Part shown: positions 47,640 through 54,671 of the stretch, piece by piece
Numbering within the stretch: the stretch's first letter is position 1
Layout: each line of letters begins with the position of its first letter
From: a virus
Lineage: Duplodnaviria > Caudoviricetes
DNA: 64,000 bases
IMG/VR virus record: IMGVR_UViG_3300023435_000009
Direction: 5' to 3' (one strand)
Program-made: the position numbers and the translations under genes
Notes under the pieces: model-generated
The model's input: only the letters and a program-made list of their open reading frames with translations
What the model was told of the DNA's origin: nothing
Databases searched by the model: none

Positions 47640-48791
47640 ATGTCCCAAGATTTCCAACTGGCCTGGCCTTGTCCGCATCTGACTGTAGAGGAGTACATTC
47701 CTCTTGGACCGGATCGGAGATCTTTGGCCACCAAGCAGCCTGTGGCTAACACAGGCACCATCAGGATCCTTGCCAACGACGAGTTCTACATCCCCAACTC
47801 AGGGATGTTTTCACAAGCCGAGTTGATGAGTGCTGTGTCCGGTCCTTATGACATCATCCCCGGTGAGAACAGTTTCACGGTAGAGACCTCGGCGGGTTCC
47901 CAGACGTTCGTTTTTGCTGTTCAGGCAGTGACAAGGTATACGGCGAAACAAGTTGAGGCGTTGTTCCAGAAGGTTAGCACCGGAACCGTCCTCATTGGGA
48001 CAAGCAACAGCCACCTTTCCTTCACGGACACTGCTGCGATTGGGGATGCCTCCTACGTGGCCGTCAGCGGGACCGCTGCAGGCGCTTTGGGGTTCGGGGC
48101 GGCGGGGGTCAACTCCTACCAGCGGCGGGCCATAGGACGGCGTTTGTTTCCCTCCTGGAACATTTACACACCAGGCGGAGCAATCACGGCCAGGTACCCC
48201 CGGTTCACGTCACCTATCACAATGGGTGACCCCGTGTTTAAGGTGACGTATTCGATGCCGGGTAACCGCTGCCTCAGGTGTGGCGCTACCTATGTCGAGA
48301 ACGACATCCGGTTCGCAGCCAGCGGTCAAAGCCTGATGGTGGCTAATGAGGATCTGCTCTATCAAGCGGCCCTCAAGATTCTACTGACGGACAAGGGTTC
48401 TAATCCCTACCATCCCTGGTACGGAACGGACCTTCGTTCTCGGATTGGTTCGAAGACCGTTTCCGGTGTGGCGACCTTGATTAATGAGGACGTGCGGAAA
48501 GCGTTGGCCAAGTATCAGTCCCTCCAGACGGAGCAGGCCAAGTTCCAGCAGGTCACCTACAAGGAACGTCTCTACTCCGTGACCAATGTGACGGTCTCTC
48601 CGCACACGCAGGACCAGACCACCTTCATGATCGACGTGACAGTTCAGAACGCTTCTTCTGACCCAATCCATCTGAACATCGTCTACACGGTGCCTGGAGT
48701 GGTGGCTCTGATGGGATCCAACGGGTTAATGTTAGGGGCAAAGACCGCAGGACTTGAGAACCAGCCCAACCCGTTTTCAGGAGGCAACTGA
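47640..48791 (+). CDS. baseplate wedge/sheath initiator, gp25 (GPW)-like, N-terminally extended
   Basis: C-terminal NEDLLYQAALKILLTDKGSNPYHPWYGTDL...IDVTVQN is the gp25 pattern; precedes the J-like gene. Confidence 0.85.
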   Translation: MSQDFQLAWPCPHLTVEEYIPLGPDRRSLATKQPVANTGTIRILANDEFYIPNSGMFSQAELMSAVSGPYDIIPGENSFTVETSAGSQTFVFAVQAVTRYTAKQVEALFQKVSTGTVLIGTSNSHLSFTDTAAIGDASYVAVSGTAAGALGFGAAGVNSYQRRAIGRRLFPSWNIYTPGGAITARYPRFTSPITMGDPVFKVTYSMPGNRCLRCGATYVENDIRFAASGQSLMVANEDLLYQAALKILLTDKGSNPYHPWYGTDLRSRIGSKTVSGVATLINEDVRKALAKYQSLQTEQAKFQQVTYKERLYSVTNVTVSPHTQDQTTFMIDVTVQNASSDPIHLNIVYTVPGVVALMGSNGLMLGAKTAGLENQPNPFSGGN

Positions 48792-51700
48792 TGGCGACAA
48801 CTCCCAAGTTCCTGGCCCCCGATGGGCAGTATCGGGAGAACTACGTTTTCACCACAGACGTCTCCTACCGCTTCTTCTCGGGGCAGATGGATGCGGACAC
48901 GGCGGACATGCAGGTTTCGCTTCGGGGCGGGGCCTTTTCGTCTAATCCTGATTACATCCAGTTCGAAGGTACGACCTTCACGATCCCGAATCCTTCAGCC
49001 TTCCCGGACGGACTCCAGCTTCTTCAGGGTGCCAACGTCATCGATGTCAAATCGGTATTGACGACGGGAGAGACGACAGCGGCGGGTGTCATTCGGGCGA
49101 ACCTGGCGGTTGACCGGGATGTGAAGGCTGAGGTGCTGGCTCCTTCCGGGATTTTCATCGAGCGTTTGGACCGCACAGTAAAGATCACGGTCACGGGTTT
49201 GGAGGACGAGGAGGTGACGGGGTACAACTTCTACGCCTCCGCCTTTCCCGGAGGCGGGATCACCGGGTACAAGAGGGTCAGCATCCAGCCTGTCATCTCC
49301 TATGACACAGAGGAGGTCTTGTCTCTTATCGGCATCCTAGACGTGGACATGGATGTGCCTCTGAACGATGATGGCACACCCCTAGCCAATCCTCTGCTTT
49401 TCCGCACCATGGGGATGCAGGTGAATCTTGCGGGCGACATCCTCCAGTCGGACTTTGACGAGAGTATTCGGATACCGGACAGCACGACCCATTTCCGCAC
49501 CTCTGTTGGGATAGACTCAGTTTCTCTCGTGAAGAAGTTCTCCTTCACACACAATCGAGCGGCACTGCCTACGGATGCGAAAAATCCAGCGGTTCCATAC
49601 AATGACTTCCAGGCCCTCCCCGATGAGGATCCCCTGTACTATGCGGTCACTGCCATCTACCTCATCGATGGTGTGGAGTACGAATCTCAGGTGTCCCAGG
49701 AGGTTGCGGGGGCACCTCTCATCGTGACCCCCCAGGTAGCGAACCTCCCGGCTGTTTCCCGGCAGCAGGTCGTGCGAGACACCACACTGGCGATCTTCCG
49801 GTCCCACCCCGAAGTGGACGTGAAGCCCGGCTCTTACCTCAGGGACACCTTCATCGACCCCTTCTCTACGGAGGCGGAACGTATCCGTTTCATCGTGGGG
49901 TTCCTCCAGGCGGGGCAGAGCTTCACCACGCTGCTGGCTATCGATGACCCCACTGGGTCGGGTACGTCGCTACCTGTGACACAGAGTCCGTACAAGATTG
50001 CCCTCAAGCAGGCGTTCTACCTGCAAGACACGGCATCGGTACAGAACCTGGTGGACAATGCTTTCGACCATCTGGCAGCCAGGCGAGGGGTTCAGCGGCG
50101 GGCTGGGTACCGTGCCCATGGTGAGGTGCTCTTCTATGTGACCAACCGACCGACCTCTACCCGCTTTATCCCGATTGGGACGATTGTGACGAGCGGTTCA
50201 GTGAGGTTCCGCACTACGTCCGCAGCCCGTATCTCACCCACAGGGACAGGGACGACCTACAGTCCTGCCACCGGACGCTGGACGACCCGAGCCTACGTCC
50301 AGGCGCTGGAGGCGGGGGAAGCAGGGAACCTGACGAGAGATCAGATCCGCACCGTTCAGAATGGCCCCACCGATGTACAGGTCACGAACCCGAACAACAC
50401 CTTCGGTGGTCGAAACACGGAGTCCAACTACGCCCTTGCGATTCGTGCAGACGGCGTATTGGCTTCGGTGGATTCGGGGACGTACAGGGGTCTCACTCAG
50501 GATGCCTCGGATGTGCCTGGGGTGCGTCAGGTGAACGTGGTAGAGGCAGGGCACACCCTCATGATGAGGGACTTGGATGTCACAACAGGCAGGCACTGGG
50601 GCGGCAAGGTGGATGTGTGGACCCGTGGAGACAGTAGTGCCACGCTCACCGACTCCTTTGCCTTCTCGTTCGAGTCGGTAATCGACGGACAGTTCGAGGC
50701 AGTGGGGGACATCGGAAACCTCAAGTTCCGGGCGATCAACTCCCGTGTGACCGAGGACTTCCCCATCATTGAGATGCTCAACATCCCTGACTGGGAGTTG
50801 GAGTTCAGGGACGAAACGAAGGGGACTGTGCTGGACCTGAGGGACGCTGAGATCATCCGACCGGATGGGTTGCAGCTTTCCGCCACCTACAATGATCCGA
50901 CGCTGTTGCACTATCTGGACGTGTTCCGAGGCTCCTACCGCTTCCGCACGAGTAACAAGTTCGTGTTCAGCCGTCAGCCCGTGGGCGAGATCAACTCCTT
51001 CTACAAGCTGCTGGCCTCGGGTGACAAGAGCGTCGTCAGCACCTCGGCATACAAGCTATTCCATCCAGGCGACCCAATGGTGCTGGGACGGTCCACAGAG
51101 GCTGGGGACTACATCCAGGTGGTGGAGCCTCTGGACGGGACACCTCCTGTGAACATTCCCTCCGGTGACCCCATCGTGATCACGGGGGAGAGTCACGTAC
51201 TCCTCTCCGGGCCTGAGTATCTGGAGAACCTCGGGATTAACCCATACACGGTCCACGTCTACAACTTTGACCGTTCCATCGAGTACAACGGTCCCTTCCA
51301 CTCTTCCTCAGTCAAGGATTACACCCTGGTAGAGGAGGTGGATGAGACTCCCGTTGCCTTTGTCCCGGTTACGGGCGGGCGGTTGTTGGAAGGGATGCAA
51401 GTCATCGTTGACTATCAGCACGACGAAAACTACTCGGTGGAGTACATGATCAACGCCGTGGTTCAGGCCGTGCAGAACGCAGTGGACCTGAGCAGGCACG
51501 CCACCGCTGACGTGGTGTCCAAGGAGTCCATCCCGGCGGGTGTGAATATTTCCGGGACGGTTGTCATCCTCAGGAACCAGCAGTCCTCGGTGGTGGACGG
51601 CAACATCCGCACAGAGTTGGGTCGAGTGTTCGGGGCAATGACCCTGGCCCAGCCTCTCCGTCAGAGCGACGTCATCAGTGCAATCGAAACGGTGCAGGGA

Positions 51701-52258
51701 GTGTCCTACGCTGTAGTTCCTCTGACCCATCTGGCCAGGCAGGACGGTTCTACTGTGGTGCGGGAAGAGGTTGTGACCTCGCAGGGAGGCACAGATTGGG
51801 TAGACATTTCCTCCGTTTCAACTCACGCCTGGCATGACGATGCTGTGACGATCTACTTGGTCACCAACCCCCTGTACAGTAACACCACGGATGGGGGCGG
51901 CGACTACAACGAATTCCGAGGCGTTTTCATTGACGACGTTCCCCAGACCCTCTTTGACGTTGTGCCTCAATTCGACGGGGCACCGCTTAAGGGCGTGGCC
52001 AACGGGGCGTGCATCATCGGTGACGATGGGATGAGCATCCCAGGGTACCTTGGGGCCACGGCCAACAGGATCTTGCTGGCACTCCCTACGGGGGTGAATC
52101 CTTCGGACGGTACCTTGAAGGTGACCTACATTGCCATGGACGACAGCGGGGTGAAGAACATCGAACCGGGGCCTGCGGAGTATCTGGTGTTGGGTGACCT
52201 GGAGTTTACCTATGATGAGGACCGGGACTTCTCGGCTCTGGTGACAGGGCGGAGCTAA
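48791..52258 (+). CDS. baseplate J-like (gp6-like) wedge protein
   Basis: DVKPGSYLRDTFIDP, FDHLAARRGVQRR, ALEAGEAGNL, TFGGRNTESNYAL and VPGVRQVNVV are Baseplate_J-type motifs. Confidence 0.88.
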   Translation: MATTPKFLAPDGQYRENYVFTTDVSYRFFSGQMDADTADMQVSLRGGAFSSNPDYIQFEGTTFTIPNPSAFPDGLQLLQGANVIDVKSVLTTGETTAAGVIRANLAVDRDVKAEVLAPSGIFIERLDRTVKITVTGLEDEEVTGYNFYASAFPGGGITGYKRVSIQPVISYDTEEVLSLIGILDVDMDVPLNDDGTPLANPLLFRTMGMQVNLAGDILQSDFDESIRIPDSTTHFRTSVGIDSVSLVKKFSFTHNRAALPTDAKNPAVPYNDFQALPDEDPLYYAVTAIYLIDGVEYESQVSQEVAGAPLIVTPQVANLPAVSRQQVVRDTTLAIFRSHPEVDVKPGSYLRDTFIDPFSTEAERIRFIVGFLQAGQSFTTLLAIDDPTGSGTSLPVTQSPYKIALKQAFYLQDTASVQNLVDNAFDHLAARRGVQRRAGYRAHGEVLFYVTNRPTSTRFIPIGTIVTSGSVRFRTTSAARISPTGTGTTYSPATGRWTTRAYVQALEAGEAGNLTRDQIRTVQNGPTDVQVTNPNNTFGGRNTESNYALAIRADGVLASVDSGTYRGLTQDASDVPGVRQVNVVEAGHTLMMRDLDVTTGRHWGGKVDVWTRGDSSATLTDSFAFSFESVIDGQFEAVGDIGNLKFRAINSRVTEDFPIIEMLNIPDWELEFRDETKGTVLDLRDAEIIRPDGLQLSATYNDPTLLHYLDVFRGSYRFRTSNKFVFSRQPVGEINSFYKLLASGDKSVVSTSAYKLFHPGDPMVLGRSTEAGDYIQVVEPLDGTPPVNIPSGDPIVITGESHVLLSGPEYLENLGINPYTVHVYNFDRSIEYNGPFHSSSVKDYTLVEEVDETPVAFVPVTGGRLLEGMQVIVDYQHDENYSVEYMINAVVQAVQNAVDLSRHATADVVSKESIPAGVNISGTVVILRNQQSSVVDGNIRTELGRVFGAMTLAQPLRQSDVISAIETVQGVSYAVVPLTHLARQDGSTVVREEVVTSQGGTDWVDISSVSTHAWHDDAVTIYLVTNPLYSNTTDGGGDYNEFRGVFIDDVPQTLFDVVPQFDGAPLKGVANGACIIGDDGMSIPGYLGATANRILLALPTGVNPSDGTLKVTYIAMDDSGVKNIEPGPAEYLVLGDLEFTYDEDRDFSALVTGRS

Positions 52259-52488
52259 TGACAATCATCACCGTCAGATGGCGGGAAGGTGGCGAACGCA
52301 TGGAGAAGGCCGTGGAGAGGCTGCCCTGGACGGGTCACATCCTGGACGAGGTGATCTTTCACCGACCCCCCACCGTTTTGGAGTTGGCTGCCTTGACGCA
52401 GCATCTCAGGGGGCCGAGGACCCGTTGGAAGATGCTGACGGATAAGGGGTGGCGTGGGGGCTCAATCTGGGGGGCACGGGATGGCTGA
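52258..52488 (+). CDS. small hypothetical ORF between the J-like and I-like genes
   Basis: Fills the gap exactly (TAATG overlap with J, 8-nt overlap with the next gene); no family recognised. Confidence 0.45.
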   Translation: MTIITVRWREGGERMEKAVERLPWTGHILDEVIFHRPPTVLELAALTQHLRGPRTRWKMLTDKGWRGGSIWGARDG

Positions 52489-53899
52489 TCCTACGGACAA
52501 AAACCTCCTGCCAGGACTGCTGGCGCAGAATCCGTCCCTCTGGGAAAAGGACTCCCAGGATCATAAACGGAAGGTGCAGGAGCAGGTAGAGCGGGTGATG
52601 ACGGTGTTCCGCCAACTCATCCCCAGCAACTATGTTAGCAATGTGCCTGGTCCTTTCTACATGACGCAGTTCCAGTCGGCAGCGGAGCAGATTGCCGACT
52701 TCCAGATCACGGCCCAAGAGGTCTTTGCTGACTCGTTCTATGATTTCACCCGTTCCGAGGTGCTCTATCAGATCCTTGGTGATCTGGTGTTCCCCGACGC
52801 CCGGACCTATGGGTATCCTGAGCTTGAGGGCGACCTGACCTACAGAGTGTTCCTCCAACGGATGGTGGTCCTTCTCCTTCGGGGAGCCACGACCTCGGTG
52901 CAGAAGGACGGTGTAGAGTTGCTCACGACTGCCACCGTCCAGGTGTTGGAGCGGGGCATAGAGGCCCGCAAACTCCTTGTGAGGGATGCGGACGGCACAC
53001 TTCGCCCGACCTCCGCCTGGGCTGAAGCCGACGCTTTCACTTTTGAGATCAATATCAGCCAAGTGGCCGGAACTGTTGAGATTGACGGGGTCTCCGTTCC
53101 GCTGTACGGCTTCCCTGAGGACCCCTTCAAACTCCAGCGGAACGTCTATCTGGTGCTCCGGGCGCTGAAACCCGCCCACGCCCTTTATGACTATCGCCAT
53201 CTCTTCCTGGACACCTTCGGGGAGATGTTCTCTGATGTTCACCGGGTCGACATGTCCTCCTACTACTACCAGGACTTCAGGCGGTACTGTCTCGGGGCCA
53301 AGAGGGTAGCAGGAACGGCGGGGATCACCTGGGCGAACAAGACCCTGTTCAGCGATCACCAGAGGGACTTCACGGGGATTGATCCCACGGCAATGCTGAC
53401 TATCCTCTCCGGTCTGAACTCAATCCATGTTGGGGGCACTGAAGGGACACCCGCTTCCCAGGATATGTGCCACGTCGGTCGGTACGAGGTTCTGGAAGTT
53501 AAGTTTTTTGTTCAGGACGATCAGGTTGCCCGGCAGTACACCACGTTTCCCACGGGGCTGACGGGGTCGGCAACGGTGTCCGGGGACGAATTAGAGGACA
53601 CGGCGCAGCTTTCCTGGCACACGATCCAGGAGGGTGAAATTCTGACCCTCCTGAGTGGCCCCAATGCAGGCTCCTATCGACTCAAGACTGTGTTGGGACA
53701 GTACGGGGGACCAGCGGGTAGCACATTGATAGCAGCACCGGCTACAGGGGTGAAGGTTGCCCCCAGCATCCTCCGGCTTCGTCGTCGGATGGGGGTCAGT
53801 GCTACTGGGCAGTCCTATGAGGTTCAGGTGGACAGGTTGGGAGTGCAGGAACCTCGTTTGGCTAGTCAGGAAGATGCCACCGTACAGTTTCTCATCTAA
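52481..53899 (+). CDS. baseplate wedge/tail protein I-like (gp7-like)
   Basis: Follows J; FYDFTRSEVLYQILG...YRVFLQRMVVLLLRGAT...VLRALKPAHALY resembles the P2 gpI/gp7 N-domain. ATG 52481 preferred to GTG 52454. Confidence 0.7.
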   Translation: MADPTDKNLLPGLLAQNPSLWEKDSQDHKRKVQEQVERVMTVFRQLIPSNYVSNVPGPFYMTQFQSAAEQIADFQITAQEVFADSFYDFTRSEVLYQILGDLVFPDARTYGYPELEGDLTYRVFLQRMVVLLLRGATTSVQKDGVELLTTATVQVLERGIEARKLLVRDADGTLRPTSAWAEADAFTFEINISQVAGTVEIDGVSVPLYGFPEDPFKLQRNVYLVLRALKPAHALYDYRHLFLDTFGEMFSDVHRVDMSSYYYQDFRRYCLGAKRVAGTAGITWANKTLFSDHQRDFTGIDPTAMLTILSGLNSIHVGGTEGTPASQDMCHVGRYEVLEVKFFVQDDQVARQYTTFPTGLTGSATVSGDELEDTAQLSWHTIQEGEILTLLSGPNAGSYRLKTVLGQYGGPAGSTLIAAPATGVKVAPSILRLRRRMGVSATGQSYEVQVDRLGVQEPRLASQEDATVQFLI

Positions 53900-53905
53900 G
53901 CCGTC

Positions 53906-53920
53906 CATTGATGCGCCTAT
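53906..53920 (+). promoter_or_regulatory. putative late-promoter motif CATT-N8-TAT
   Basis: CATT gatgcgcc TAT, just after the I-like stop codon. Confidence 0.5.
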
Positions 53921-53991
53921 AAATTCGGTAGGGTGAGGTCTAGTCTGAAAGAAGTTGGGTTTGGGGTTACAGACTGTGGAGAGGGGACACA

Positions 53992-54516
53992 ATGGTTTTA
54001 CGTGAGAAAGTGCTCAAGTTGGCCCACGACCGGCCAGAATTTCGGAAGTACCTTGTTCCTTTGTTGAGAAGGTGTGCTGCTTCGACTCCCTCCTACCAGG
54101 AGTACGTGGACAAGAAGAGACAGAAGAATGAGCGTCCTCTCTCCAAGGATAAGTGGGAGAGGAGGGTGCTGCGCAACCGGGGGATCTCTGAGGGCCACGA
54201 AGAGTGGAAGAAGGACGAAGCGGCCAAGAAGGACCTGAAGAAGACGGATAAGTCCGACACCAAACGGAAGGACCGAAAGGAATTGTCCGATAAAGTTGTG
54301 AAATCCAGGGGTCTCAAGGATAAGGATCTTGAAGAAGTTCAGGCCTATCAGAAGAAGAATGTGAAGCCGGGTCAGAAGGGCAAATTGAAGCCCTGGGAAC
54401 TCAAAGCTAAGTTCTTGGCAAAGGCCAGCCCTGAAACGAAAGAACGGATGAAGGGGCTGAACAACCAGGAGTTCATGGCGGTTCTCAATGCTATCATGGA
54501 TGAGGACGAGGGTTAA
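53992..54516 (+). CDS. small highly charged (Lys/Glu/Arg-rich) hypothetical protein
   Basis: GGAGAGGGG SD; 174 aa; N-terminal LREKVLKLAHDRPEFRKYLVPLL helix. Confidence 0.7.
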   Translation: MVLREKVLKLAHDRPEFRKYLVPLLRRCAASTPSYQEYVDKKRQKNERPLSKDKWERRVLRNRGISEGHEEWKKDEAAKKDLKKTDKSDTKRKDRKELSDKVVKSRGLKDKDLEEVQAYQKKNVKPGQKGKLKPWELKAKFLAKASPETKERMKGLNNQEFMAVLNAIMDEDEG

Positions 54517-54518
54517 CC

Positions 54519-54533
54519 CAGTTTTTAGCCAAT
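54519..54533 (+). promoter_or_regulatory. putative late-promoter motif CAGT-N8-AAT
   Basis: CAGT ttttagcc AAT directly upstream of the AGGAG RBS that the mini-element displaced. Confidence 0.45.
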
Positions 54534-54545
54534 GAGGTAGGAGAA

Positions 54546-54668
54546 CGTTTCTAGGGTTCTTGACAGTGTGTAACGGGGCGCTGGTTTCGGCATTAGCTGA
54601 AACGAAACTGTCCTCGTTGGAGTAGGGGCTAATTCCTACGTTTTTGTGCGTGGGGAAAGGTAGCAGAA
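54546..54668 (+). mobile_element. 123-bp non-autonomous miniature derivative of a TnpB/IS607-like element (left end plus 3' omegaRNA/right end)
   Basis: 54541-54579 aligns to the TnpB left end 42282-42319; 54578-54668 aligns to 43479-43570 (77/92 identical); flanked by AGGTAGGAGAA and AGGTAGCAGAA. Confidence 0.85.
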
Positions 54669-54671
54669 GCC

